From positions 992,675 to 1,056,674 of the forward strand of contig JAWQFM010000018.1 in the NCBI GenBank assembly GCA_033442325.1: a stretch of 64,000 nt of DNA, written 5' to 3'. Below the pieces are notes generated by a model. It was not told the DNA's origin and did not search any database. It was given only the letters and a program-made list of their open reading frames with translations. Position numbers and translations under genes: made by a program. Position 1 is the stretch's first letter, and every line of letters begins with the position of its first letter. Positions 1 to 14,946 of this stretch are shown here, in pieces. The DNA comes from Salpingoeca rosetta. Taxonomy: Eukaryota > Protista > Choanoflagellata.

Positions 1-1324
1 CATCATCCTTGCCTCGACCTGCTGTTGACTGCGTCCTCTCTGCTGCCGGCGTTTGTCGTCCACCTCGATCTATGCCGACTCCACCCCTTTTATCGCCTTC
101 GCCCTCATCTGCACCCACACCATCGCCTTCGTTGTGTGTGTCGTGTGTGGCGACGGCAGCAGTAATCAGCTCTGCCAGCGCGCTGTGTCCGCTCATGCGT
201 GCAAGTTGGGCTGCGTCTCGTCCGCGTGTGTCTTTGTGCCCCAAGTTCGGTGGTGGGCGGTGGGAGAGTACCCACGTGACAACAGTGGCGCTTCCAGCCG
301 AGGCAGCCACTTGCAGCAGCGACCACCCATATGCGTCAGCCATGTTGATGTCGAAGGTGGCCGGGTTGTCAGCGGCGAGCCGCTGCAGGTCCTTCATCTC
401 GTTGTTCTGCGCATGGACGAATGCCCTGTTTTTCACAGTGGTTGCCGACAGCGCACCCGGTGCCGCCTTTGCTTTCTTGTGGCGTGGTGGGCCATGTCTC
501 GATGATGACGACGGCAGGGATGGCGACTGCGTCCTTCGTTTGATCTGGTGTGGTCTGCGCTGTTGCGCGCGCTGAAGTCTTGATCTCGCTCGGGCACTGG
601 CTTGCCGTGTGACTGCTAGTTCTTCTCTGGCACCCGCTTCTGCCTCGTCGCTGTCATCATCATCGTCATCGTCGTCGATGACGATGACGTGTGCGTCTGA
701 AGAAGAAGAAGACGATAGTGTCGGTGTTGTATCTGTGTAACCGCTGGGTTGAAAGCTTGACCTCAACGTGCTGGCGACTTTGATTTGTGTTGGTGGCTGC
801 CGGTGCTGGCGAACGTTCTCGGATGGCATGTTGATGACTTCCTCGTACAAGCGACGGGCGTCGCTGCCAGAGAGGTTTCTTGCCCAGTGCTCGCGCTCTG
901 GTTTCCTTGTGTAGCTCTCAAACTCGCTGCAGGTGCACCAGCGCGTCTGGTCCTCATCGTCAGGCACCTCTTCCCCCTCTTCCGCGTTGCCTCCACTTTT
1001 AACACCACCGCCGCTACGATCACTGCGATCACCGGCGGAGGATCCTGGACGCAGACGGCCACATAGCGGACATGTTCGCGTTGCCGGCACAAACCCGGGA
1101 TAGATTCTGGACCTGGCAGTAGAGGCTGCCTGCTTGTCCACATGTGCAGGTCCTACCACGAACGTTGTGCCTCCCTTCACCACCTTCCTTGACGCTGTGC
1201 TCGTAGCGGCGCTGCTTGCGGTTGCGCTGGTGGTTGTGCTGCCATCATCGTCATCTTTGTGGTTGTCGTCGTTGTGATGATTTGTCATCGTTCGCAGTAG
1301 ATGTAGAAATGTCCTTGAAGACAT
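1..1324 (-). CDS. GPANK1: G-patch and ankyrin repeat protein (GPANK1/BAT4-like), 5' part; runs off the left edge
   Basis: Open minus-strand frame from ATG 1324 (or 1288) toward the left edge; it is not in the ORF track. It contains LSGSDARRLYEEVI and the ankyrin repeats DINMADAYGWSLLQVAASAGSATVVTWVL...RGRDAAQLARMSGH, which resemble GPANK1 motifs. The G-patch would lie beyond the window. Confidence 0.75.
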   Translation of the reverse strand, partial: MSSRTFLHLLRTMTNHHNDDNHKDDDDGSTTTSATASSAATSTASRKVVKGGTTFVVGPAHVDKQAASTARSRIYPGFVPATRTCPLCGRLRPGSSAGDRSDRSGGGVKSGGNAEEGEEVPDDEDQTRWCTCSEFESYTRKPEREHWARNLSGSDARRLYEEVINMPSENVRQHRQPPTQIKVASTLRSSFQPSGYTDTTPTLSSSSSSDAHVIVIDDDDDDDDSDEAEAGAREELAVTRQASARARSRLQRAQQRRPHQIKRRTQSPSLPSSSSRHGPPRHKKAKAAPGALSATTVKNRAFVHAQNNEMKDLQRLAADNPATFDINMADAYGWSLLQVAASAGSATVVTWVLSHRPPPNLGHKDTRGRDAAQLARMSGHSALAELITAAVATHDTHNEGDGVGADEGEGDKRGGVGIDRGGRQTPAAERTQSTAGRGKDD

Positions 1325-1366
1325 TCACAGGAATCTACAAACAAGGCGAGTGTCACAACAGCAACC

Positions 1367-2101
1367 ATGCTGACAAGGATGATGGTGAGGGGCGCTGGTG
1401 CGCGCCGCAGTGTGCTGGTGACAGCAGCAGCGCAGACATGGCGACGGAGGTATGGCAGTGGCGTTTCTGATGAAGTGCACCCACTGTCGGAGGGCAACGG
1501 AGAGCCCACACCACGCCGTGCCTTGCTCTATCTCCCTGGACACGATGAACGCAAGGTTTGTGTTTGTGTTTGTGTTTGTGCTTGTGTGTTTGTGTGTGTG
1601 TTTGTGTGTGTGTGTGCGTTTGTGTGTGTGTGTGTGTGCGTTTGTGTTTGTGTTTGTGTTTGCGTTTGTGTTTATGTTTGTGTTTGTGTTTGTGTTTTTT
1701 GTTTGTTTGTGTGGGTGTTTGTGTGTGTGTGTTTGTTTGTGTGTGACGTCGGACGTGCAAACTCGCTTCAATAGGGTCCAAGCAGCAAGGATACGTGCAA
1801 TGCTCTCTCATGTCCCACGAACCTTACTCAACCCTGCAGGCGACCAAGGCTGCAGGTTTGGACGTGGACTGCGTATGCTTGGACCTGGAGGATGCGGTGG
1901 CCCTGAACCGCAAAGAGGGTGCGCGGAAGAGCGTGGTCAACCTGCTGTCCACCCTCGACTTTGGTGAATCGGACGTGGCTGTGCGTATCAACGCCGTCAG
2001 CTCCGGTCTTGCCAAGGAAGACCTCAAGGCCATCCTGGCCGCGGATACCCTGCCCAACACCATCGTCCTCCCCAAAGTCGACCGGCCGTCCGAACTCGAA
2101 T

Positions 2102-2142
<41 letters not shown>

Positions 2143-2169
2143 TGCTTGTGTATGTGTGTGTGTGTTGTG

Positions 2170-2208
<39 letters not shown>

Positions 2209-2816
2209 TTTGTTTGTGTGTGCGTGCTTGTTTATGTGTGTGTGTGTGTGTTTGGTGGCCACATTGCTTTATTGGTTTGCTCTGTTGTGACATGATGGCT
2301 TGTGTGTACCCTCTGCCATTAGTTCTTCGATACCTCTGACCGGCTGCTGCGGAACCAGCCCCGCGACACGCCTGCCAAAATCAAACTCATCACACAGGTG
2401 TTGCGCTGAGCTGCCTGACTGCCCGTCTGTTTTCTTGCTTCCCTGCCTGCCTACTTGCCAACCCGGTCCACGTGTACACTTTCTTGTGCGCTTGTCTTGG
2501 TCTGCAGTCATTTCCATCTTCATTCGTTGACTCGCGTCTCTCCTCGTTCATTTGCCTAGGTCGAGTCTGGCATTGGCCTGCTGAACCTCCAGAGCGTGTG
2601 CGAGGTGAGTGCAGTCAATGAGCGACGACGCTGGTGCTGTCATCCAGTGTGCGCACACATGATTATGTGTGCGTGTGTGTATGTGTGTTTTTCCGTCTGT
2701 CTGCCTGTCTGCGTGTGCGCGTGTGTGTTCGTGCGTGTGAATGATACACCCACCTGCAACCTTGCTGTTTCTTCTGCTGTTTGACCATTCGATGTGTGTG
2801 TGTGTGCGTGTTTGTG

Positions 2817-2864
<48 letters not shown>

Positions 2865-3093
2865 AGGTTGACCGGGTGGACTTGACGGCCTCCTCGTTTT
2901 TCCAACACGAGGGCGTCATCTTGGGAGGTGACGACTACGCCGCGTCCATCGGTGCGAACACGAGTCGATACGTGCGTGAATGTGGGATAAGGGAGGGGGC
3001 CGATGCAGGTGTGGTTGTGCTGTTGCACGTTGCTTTCAGCCCTGAGCACCCACAGACACATATCGTGTCCCCATACACGCACACACACACACG

Positions 3094-3141
<48 letters not shown>

Positions 3142-4698
3142 AACACACACACGCAAACAACCAAACAACCCACGGACACACTCGTGCAGGGGCAACGCGG
3201 TCGCGGTCGAATGTCGAGTTGCTGTATGCGCGGCAGCAGGTGGTGGCGACGGTGAAGGCGTTTGGGCTGCAGGCCATTGATGTTGTCAACATCCACTTTA
3301 CAGAACTCGACGCGCTCCGGGCAGAGGCCGAGGAAGGTTGGTGGTCTTGACGGTGGCGGTGCTGGTGCCGAGGATGGTGTTGTGCTGTTGTGGTTGGTGT
3401 TGAAAGAGGAGGAGGAAGAAGAAGAAGAAGAAGAGGAGGACGAGGAGGAGGAAGAAGAAGAAGAAGAAGAGGAGGACGAGGAGGAGGAAGAAGAAGAAGA
3501 AGAGGAGGACGAGGAGGAGGAAGAAGAAGAAGAAGAGGAGGACGAGGAGGAGGAAGAAGAAGAAGAAGAGGAGGACGAGGAGGAGGAAGAAGAAGAAGAA
3601 GAGGAGGAGGAGGACGAGGAAGAAGAAGAAGAAGAGGAGGAGGAGGACGAGGAGGAGGAGGAGGACGAGGACGAGGACGAGAGAAAATGTTTGCTGTGGC
3701 AGCAGTCTTGATTGGTTGGACGTGTGTGTCAGACGAGTGTATGTAGTGGCAGGAAGCAGCCTTCCAACAATGATGCCATGCTGACGTGTTGACACAATCA
3801 TCACAACGGCTGCGTCTGTCGTTGATTTGCAGGCGCCGCGTGGGGATTTGACGGCAAGCAGGTCATCCACCCAGCACAGGTGCGTATTGTGTATGTGTGT
3901 GGTTGTGTGTTGTGTGTGTGTGAGCGTTGTGTGTTGTGTGCTGTGTGTTGTGCATACGACCACACGCGCATGACACACCTTCTCTCACGCCTTGTCTCTA
4001 TTCGTCACGCACGTTGATCACGATCACCACCACCGCCACCACCACCACCAACACCACCACCACCACCACCACGACCACCACCACGACCATCAGGTTCCTG
4101 TTGTGCAGCGCGCGTTCTCGCCGTCCGAGCAGCAGGTGGAGTGGGCGGTCGCCATCCTCGACGCATTCTACGACAACCAGATCAAGGTAGGCCTGCTGGG
4201 GGCGCACGCGCGCGTGTGTATGTGCGTGTCTGTGTCTGAGTTCGTGTCTGTCTGTGTCTGTGTCTGTGTCTGTCTGTCTGTCTCTCACTCACACACACAC
4301 ACACACACTCACTCACGCACACACACACACACAACACACACACACACTCTCTCTCTCTTTCTGTTGTGTGTGTGTGTGACTGTGATCGGTTTCACTGCAC
4401 CATTTTCATTCACAACCCACATCGCATACACCACATCACTGCAACCTCCCCTCCCACATCGCCTCCTCCATCCACCTCCCCATGCTTCCCTCGTCAGGGC
4501 AAAGGCGCGTTCTCGCATGACGGGCAGATGATTGACATGCCGACGGTGCTGCAGTGCAAGAACGTGTTCAGGCTGGCGGTTGCGGCCAAGATGGTGCCGG
4601 CAGACAGGTTCGACGCAGCCATCAGGGAGATGGAGCTTGCAGGCAACAGCGAGGGTGATGGTGGCAGCGAGGGTGACGGTGTTGGGAAGGGCCAATAA
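1367..4698 (+). CDS. CLYBL: Citrate lyase beta-like / citramalyl-CoA lyase (HpcH/HpaI family), mitochondrial; 9 exons
   Basis: GT-AG exons at approx. 1367-1555, 1840-2103, 2323-2397, 2560-2604, 2867-2951, 3190-3336, 3833-3879, 4094-4186, 4498-4698. Motifs: PRRALLYLPG, CLDLEDAVA, VRIN, VLPKV, GGDDY, QAIDVV, GFDGKQVIHPAQ, GQMIDMP. The N-terminus is Arg-rich and presequence-like. Confidence 0.93.
3406..3681 (+). repeat. Compound (GAG/GAA/GAC)n polypurine tract with a ~30-36 bp higher-order unit, in CLYBL intron 6
   Basis: Repeated gaggaggacgaggaggaggaagaagaagaa(gaa). The flanking exons splice in frame without it. Confidence 0.9.
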
Positions 4699-4909
4699 AA
4701 CTCAACAACACAAGGCGGAGATGTCTCACATCGTCGCATCTTATCTACATGTCATCACATGTCATCACACACCAAACACAGTCACATCGGTCATCACATG
4801 CATAACAGACAGTAGAAACCGCTTCCACCGCACCATATCCCGCCCCATTCACCACGTGTTTCGACAACCACCTCCCCCCCTCCTTTGCTCCTTTCGCTTC
4901 ACAACAACA

Positions 4910-6193
4910 ATGATGACACCTGAACAGCTGACGGCGTACAAGGCGAGGGAGAGGGCGTGCAGGAAGGAGGTGCCAGAGTGTGAGCTGCAGCCCTGCGGAG
5001 TGTTGGAAGGCACGCACCTGTCCTGGTTCCTGCTCGTGCCGGGGATTGCCGTTGTGCGAGGAGCACTGGATGCCGAGACGCAGCGGCAGCTCATCACACG
5101 CGCCCTCACACGGTACCCGTATGAGTACGTGTCCAACCTGTCCAAGGACTATCGTCTCGTGCACAACCTGTGGGACCTGCACGTCAGCAAGAGTGAGGAG
5201 CGCGTGTGGCAGCGCCCACAGCACCAGCGCGAGACGTTCCTGCGCCACGCACCGCCGTGTCACCTCCATGGCGATGGTGGCACTGGTGGCGATGGGGAGA
5301 GCGCAGACGGGACATCCACGCATGCGTGTTGTCGCGGCGGCACAGATCACCACAGTGTCGCTGGCTTGGATGATGGCCGCGCAGTGGGCAGCAGCGATGG
5401 TGCAGAGCAAGTGGCTGGGTGTGGCTCAAGAAGCAGCGACGCAGCAGCGCTGGCCAGCCGTGATGCTGAAGCGCAAGGGAGAGGAGGCCCACACGATGCA
5501 GCAGCACATGCAGATAACACGCGCCCTAGCCACTCACCAGACAATCAGCACCCACACACAGCCAGGACAGCAGGGGCACCAGCAAAGACAACGGCAGCAG
5601 CAACTCCGAAGACCAAGTGTGTGGCTGGCCACAAGCTGCTGCCAAAGCTGCGCTCGCTCAACATGGGGTACCGGTTCAACTGGTTCTCGCGAACGTATGA
5701 CGAAGAGGACTTTGCGCCACTGCCGGCTCACCTCGACACGCTGTTCCGGCAGCTGTGTGCCTTGACGCGACCAATACACGGCTACGGCACGATGCGCCCC
5801 GAGGCCGTAGTCGCCAACTACTACAAGCACAACGACCGCATGATGGGCCACGTGGACGACAGCGAGGAGTGTGATACGCCGCTCCTGTCGCTCTCGCTCG
5901 GAGCAGACTGCCTCTTCCTGTGCGGGCCGGAGGCCAAGTGTGCCCGCCTGACGACGGGGGACCTGCTGATTATGTATGGCCCGGCACGGCGCTACCGCCA
6001 CAGCGTGCCGCGTATCCTGCCGCTGTCACAGCCGGCGAACAGCATGCTTGACGGCATTGAGGCGGCTGGCGTGGCAGACTACATTCGCGCTGCTGGCATG
6101 CGCATCAACATCAACGCACGCCAGGTGAAGCTTGACACAAGGCAAGGCGGAGAAGATGGAGATGAAGTAGGAGAAGAGGAGGAGGCGGGATGA
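4910..6193 (+). CDS. ALKBH1: AlkB-family Fe(II)/2-oxoglutarate dioxygenase, ALKBH1-like, intronless
   Basis: KLRSLNMGYRFNWFSRTY, PEAVVANYY, HxD motif (GHVDDSE), PLLSLSLG, distal His (RHSVPRI) and RININARQV. Confidence 0.88.
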   Translation: MMTPEQLTAYKARERACRKEVPECELQPCGVLEGTHLSWFLLVPGIAVVRGALDAETQRQLITRALTRYPYEYVSNLSKDYRLVHNLWDLHVSKSEERVWQRPQHQRETFLRHAPPCHLHGDGGTGGDGESADGTSTHACCRGGTDHHSVAGLDDGRAVGSSDGAEQVAGCGSRSSDAAALASRDAEAQGRGGPHDAAAHADNTRPSHSPDNQHPHTARTAGAPAKTTAAATPKTKCVAGHKLLPKLRSLNMGYRFNWFSRTYDEEDFAPLPAHLDTLFRQLCALTRPIHGYGTMRPEAVVANYYKHNDRMMGHVDDSEECDTPLLSLSLGADCLFLCGPEAKCARLTTGDLLIMYGPARRYRHSVPRILPLSQPANSMLDGIEAAGVADYIRAAGMRININARQVKLDTRQGGEDGDEVGEEEEAG

Positions 6194-6268
6194 AGGAAAC
6201 AGGATGGGGAAGAGCAGCACCGGCACTACTGAGGGGAGGGAGCACAGCGTGACTTGCCCTCTTGCATA

Positions 6269-6346
<78 letters not shown>

Positions 6347-6597
6347 GAGATACCTCCTCTCCTCACTTGCTTGGTTCACTGGAGGGTTGTTTATGATGGG
6401 AGAGACAACACGCACGACGCGACAACACGCACGACGCTATAACAGCGCGCGGGTTCGCAATCGCATGGTGCACGCAGTACACAATGGCACCCGCTTAAGA
6501 CATGCCCATCGAAGAAGAGCAAGAATGCATCGCCACAAGATGACAGCGTGCATACACTCGTACATGCAATGACTGGCACGTGACGCGGCCGCCTTGC

Positions 6598-7767
6598 TTA
6601 CAGCTCATCCTTGCTTGCTGCCGCAGGTTGCGTGCTGCTGCTGCCGTCGCCACCGCTGTGATTGTCTTTGTAGTTCTGCTGCACCTTTGGGAAGGAGCGC
6701 GCAGTGTCCTTGTCTGTGAGGTGGTAGAGTTTGCGCACATATGCAAACACGCCCGGCCTGTCTGCCTCGTGGAAGCGCGAGAGGGCCTCGGACAGTGGCT
6801 CCACCAGCTGCAGGAACGCAATGGCCCGTCTCCGCCCAGGGAACACCGACAGATATTTGTCGTGCAGCAGGTCAAACTGGTGGAAGTGCATCTGTGTACA
6901 TGCGTTGAATGCGTTGAGTGATATGCTTTGGGTGGTTGATGAAGGGTGAACAAAGGCTTGCGTACAGGCGACACAAGGAAGCACGTCCAACCAAAACATG
7001 CAAGCACACACACACAACGCATGCGTGCAAGAGCACAGACGTTGTTCTCGTCCCAACGCCCCACATACTCACCACTTTGGAGTACCACGCCTCCACACGC
7101 CTGCGTGCATGCTCCAGCTCCCACGCCTGGTCCGAGTTGTGCTTGTACTCCTCAATAAACACCGCCGCGTAGTCATCTTGGTGCGTGTCGTAGAAGCGCC
7201 GTAGTGTCCGAAGACTGCAAACACCCAGGGGTCAGTGAATACAGCCAAGGTAGCATGCGTGAGAGTGAGTGTGAATGAGTGAGCACGTGTATCTATCGTT
7301 GTGTGCATGTGTGCCAACACAGCACCACTTGATGCATGCAACTTGACGCGACGCGACGCTCCCTCCACACACTCACATACATAAACACACATGCACACAC
7401 ATAGACACGCACACGCACACACACAAACATGCACACAACCACACACACACACACACCTGTCGAGCATTTGCGGGCTGGAGTATTCGGAGAGGATGTCGTT
7501 GAAGAGGCTTGCCTCTGAGCCAGACTTCATCAGAGCGAGCGCATTGTAGAAGTAGACGACGGAGGCCAGCAGCGAGAGCGCGGAGATGATCAGCGACCAG
7601 TTCTGGTAGTACATAGCACTGTGTATCTTTCCCAACAGCGAGTTGGACACACGGGTCGTGGACGAGCCCTGACGCAGCAGCGGTGTCGTGGGTGTTCTGG
7701 GTGTCGCGGGGGACGCAGCTGGCACACCTGCCGCAGTGCCGCTGTTGCTGCTACCGTCAGCAGCCAT
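6598..7767 (-). CDS. Single-pass membrane protein with C-terminal KDEL (tentatively DUF4760-like); 3 exons
   Basis: Exons 7767-7457, 7214-7073, 6891-6598 join in phase with GT-AG. TM segment WSLIISALSLLASVVYFYNAL is followed by LFNDILSEYSSPQMLD. The protein ends in SKDEL*. Confidence 0.75.
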
Positions 7768-7889
7768 ATTGGTCTACTTTTTGTGGTGTCGTAAAGTGGC
7801 ACCCAATACGGAAGCGCGCAACAAGCGAGCGGTCAACACATCACACGCCAGCACAGCCACTCGCCAACACAGCCAAGATCACCAACCTG

Positions 7890-9098
7890 ATGCGCGTCCT
7901 GGTTGGGCCAGTGACGCTGGCACTAGCGCTTGCGCTGGCGCTTGCTGTGTTGCTGCTGCCGGCAGTGCCAGTGACAGGTGCAGCGGAGCTGGTGGAGGAC
8001 GAGGCGGGCTCGCTGCATGTGAACACAACCGGCCGCGTGTACTTCAACGGCGTGGACGTTGTGGACAAGGCATACAACCTCACGCACAAGCTGCAGGCCC
8101 TCACAGACCAGCTGTGCGAAGGCTGGCCGACCCGAGACATTCACACGCGAGCGATCCCCTTCGACTCCCCCGGTCGTTACCAGTACTCGGGCGGCGTCCT
8201 CGCCAGCAACGGCAAGATTTACGGCATCGCTGCTTCTGCCAACTCCATCATGATCATCGACCCCGTCACCAACACGCTGGACACGACCACCATCTCCATG
8301 GTCTCGGGAACCTGGACTGGCGGCGTCCTGGGCACCAACGGGAAGATCTACACCATTCCATGGAAGAATGTGCCTGTGCTGGAGATTGACCCGGCCACCA
8401 ACGAGACGTCCCTCATCCCCGTGCCGGCTGGCTTGGGCAGCAGCTGCAACTACGTTCGCGGCGCACTGGCACCCAACGGCCTCATCTACGCCGCGCCAAC
8501 CTGTGCCGCTGGCGTGCTCGTCATTGACCCGTTCACGGGCACCGCAGATGCCACCTCGCTGTACGTCTCGGAGGACGCTTTCAAGTGGGAGGGCAGCGTC
8601 GCCGCCAACAACGGCAAGGTCTACGGCATCCCGTTCAGCGCCAACTCCGTCCTCACCATCGATCCAGAGACAAACGCCACAGACACCACCACCATGGCGG
8701 GCTTGCCTGGCGTCTCAAAGTGGTACGACGGCGTGCTGGGCCCCAATGGCAAGATCTACGGCATGCCGTGGGGATCGCGCCGGGTGCTTGTCATCGACCC
8801 CGACACCAACACCACAGACATCACGGCGTTTGCTCCCGTGCCGAGTGGATGGCGGTGGATTGGTGGCGTGGTTGGCCCAGACAACCGCATATACGGCACG
8901 CCGGCCACCGCGCCCTCGCTGCTGGCCATTGATCCAGCGACCAACGCCATCGACTACACCACTTTCACGGGCATCACCCCGCAGGAGGGCTGGCGCGGTG
9001 GCGTGTATGTGCCTGCGTTGCACCGCATTTACGGCATTCCATATCACGCCACCAGCGTCTATGTCGTCGACCTCACTCTCATCGGCATCTGCACTTGA
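7890..9098 (+). CDS. Secreted seven-bladed beta-propeller protein, intronless
   Basis: Signal peptide MRVLVGPVTLALALALALAVLLLPAVPVTG, followed by seven ~45-aa repeats of W/YxGGVLxxNGKIYGIPxxAxxVLxIDPxT. Confidence 0.85.
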   Translation: MRVLVGPVTLALALALALAVLLLPAVPVTGAAELVEDEAGSLHVNTTGRVYFNGVDVVDKAYNLTHKLQALTDQLCEGWPTRDIHTRAIPFDSPGRYQYSGGVLASNGKIYGIAASANSIMIIDPVTNTLDTTTISMVSGTWTGGVLGTNGKIYTIPWKNVPVLEIDPATNETSLIPVPAGLGSSCNYVRGALAPNGLIYAAPTCAAGVLVIDPFTGTADATSLYVSEDAFKWEGSVAANNGKVYGIPFSANSVLTIDPETNATDTTTMAGLPGVSKWYDGVLGPNGKIYGMPWGSRRVLVIDPDTNTTDITAFAPVPSGWRWIGGVVGPDNRIYGTPATAPSLLAIDPATNAIDYTTFTGITPQEGWRGGVYVPALHRIYGIPYHATSVYVVDLTLIGICT

Positions 9099-9126
9099 GA
9101 TGGGGGAGGGAGAAGGGAGGGGAGGG

Positions 9127-9182
<56 letters not shown>

Positions 9183-9634
9183 GTGTATGGGGAGTGCAGT
9201 GCATTGATATTTGCGCAATCCCGTGTCTCGCTCTGGTCCTGTTTATCTTCATCATCACCGTGTTACATCACATTATGTTACCATCGCCATTGGGTCGCAC
9301 CACGCAGGTGTCAACTTGCACATTCATTGCAAACGCACATGCGTATTGTGTATCGCACGCGCTGTGTTGAATATGAATGAACCAAACGTCCAACACGCAG
9401 GAGGAGGGGGAGGGTGTGCTCGGGTGTTACAGAGAAGAACGCAAACGAGAGAGAGCAAGAGAACATGTCAGAGTAAGAATGCAAGAACTCTCTGGATGAA
9501 GAGACATGTCAATGACGCGCACAACACTGCACGAAACAACACAACACAACACACACCCAACATCACATGCACGTACCCAACATCACATGCACACACGCAA
9601 CATCACATACATACACCCAACATCACAACGCATG

Positions 9635-12680
<3,046 letters not shown>

Positions 12681-12800
12681 GGTGTCTGGCAGCAAGTCCT
12701 CCTGAACACTGTGCACTGCTGCTCTGTGTTTGTTTGTGTTTTGGCGCATTCGCGTTCTGCAAACACCACCGACCAATCAAAGGAAGGAACAACAACGAGC

Positions 12801-13076
12801 ATGTGGTTGCGGCGTGTTGCTCTGGCGTGTGGTGATGGTGGTAGTGTTGGTCGTGTTGGTGGGTTGAGGCTGCGAGGCGCGGTAGCGCGGTTGTCGGTGA
12901 CAAGCCGCGTTGGCACGAAAGCGTCCTCTTCCGACGCCGAGCAGAAGAAAGCCTGGAAGGCGGACGCCATCCGCCAGCAGATGGCCCAGCATGCAACAGA
13001 CACATCTGTGAGCTGCTTGTGCTTGTGTTTGTGCGTGTGTGTGTGTGTGTGCGTGTTTGTGCGTGTGTTTGTGTGA

Positions 13077-13169
<93 letters not shown>

Positions 13170-13974
13170 TAGCCCGCCGTTGCTTGCTCTGATATACAAT
13201 ATATGCACAAACACACATGCACATTCATAAACAAGCACACCCTCACGTTCATGCGCGCGCACACTCACCACACTCACTATCACACACTCACTCGCTGTGT
13301 TGCTGCTGATTTCTGCCAGAGCATGACTGTCGTGCAGGGCAAGCCAGGCGTGTGCGTGCTCGGCAGGCCTGTTGGACCGCTCGCCATGAACCAGTATCTC
13401 GTGTTCTGCGAGGTATGACAGACAGATGGCAACACGTGCTGTATAGTCCCCCACAAGCGGTGCAATCCATGTCGGGGCGCATCAGGTCATGCCATGTGCC
13501 GCATACAGCCTGCAGTTACAACCACCCACCGCACTCCACAAGCTACCGCCGCTGCTGCCGCTGCTGTCACTGCTACTGCTGCTGTTGCCGACGTTGGCGT
13601 TGATCTCATGTCACACCTCATCAACCTTGCGTTGCGGCTGCGCAGGACACGAAGGAAGCTGCCATTGTGGACTCTGGCACGGACACCATGCCAGACTTTC
13701 TCGACATCATCAAGAACGAACAGTGAGCCGCTCGCACATGTACCGTTGACGCTTCGTGCTTGTGTGTGAGCTTGTGTTTGCCATGCACGTGCCACCCAAT
13801 GCATCTGCACTTGGCTCACATGCTTGTATTTGTTTGTGTCTTGTGTGCGTGTGTGCATATGACCAAACCACACACCGTCAATGCCATATCCAGACTGGAC
13901 GTCAAGTATTTGTTGCAGACGCATGCGCATCCCGACCACGTAGCAGGTCTCGCCGTCACCAAGCGCCAGTTCCC

Positions 13975-14010
<36 letters not shown>

Positions 14011-14468
14011 CTGATGTGATGTGGGATTGTTCGCTGTGCAGACGGCTGTGTAGCCAGCGATCGTCTTGCTTCATGATTTGCGTGTCGTCTCCCTCCTCTC
14101 TCACATACACACACACATAAACACACACACATTTGCACAACTCTACAGCTGCCAAGGTTGTCATGCACGAGAAGGAGCTTCCTGTTGCAGCTGCGGCCCC
14201 ACAGTTTGGACAAGTGCGTGCATGTGTCTGTGTGTTCGTGCGTGTGCTTTTGCACGTGACTTCTCTGCAGTTCATTCGATACACGCACACAATGTTGCTG
14301 CCGTCTTTGCATTCTTCCCCTTGCTCACCGCTGCCATTGCGCTTGTGTGTTGCCTGCAGGCATTTGGGCTCTCGATCGAGCCTCTGCCTGAGCCAGATTT
14401 GCTACTTGATGACAACGCGACCATCACCATTGGCAATCTCACATTCCGTGCTTTGCACACACCAGGTT

Positions 14469-14514
<46 letters not shown>

Positions 14515-14901
14515 GTGTGTGTGTGTGTGTGTGGCTGCCTTTCTGCGTGTCTATCTGTGTGACCATGTGCCTGTGTGAGGGTCCCGCCTGCGCAGCGCTT
14601 TGCACCAGTCGCGTGTACACCCGCTGTCGTCCACGTGCTCATGTGCAACTGTCACCACATCATGCATGTTCGTGCCAACACAGGCCACTGCCCAGGCCAT
14701 CTGTGCTTCTACGAAGAGGAGAAAGGAATTCTCTTCAGCGGAGACCTCCTCTTCAAGGGAACAGTCGGCAGGACAGGTGTGTGTGTGTGTGTGTGTGTGC
14801 TTGTGGGAAAGGTGGGGAGAAGGGTACAGAACAAAGGCGTTGAAACGCGTGCCACACTCATTGCACGAGCCCTTCGCCACGCCAACACCTCAGAGCACAC
14901 A

Positions 14902-14946
<45 letters not shown>

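Noticed and set aside
9-575. Plus-strand 188-aa ORF
   Set aside because: Antisense shadow of the GPANK1-like ankyrin gene.
3262-3711. Poly-Glu ORF as a separate acidic protein
   Set aside because: It is CLYBL exon 6 reading into an intronic GAG/GAA repeat; exons 6 and 7 join in frame to give EEGAAWGFDGKQ.
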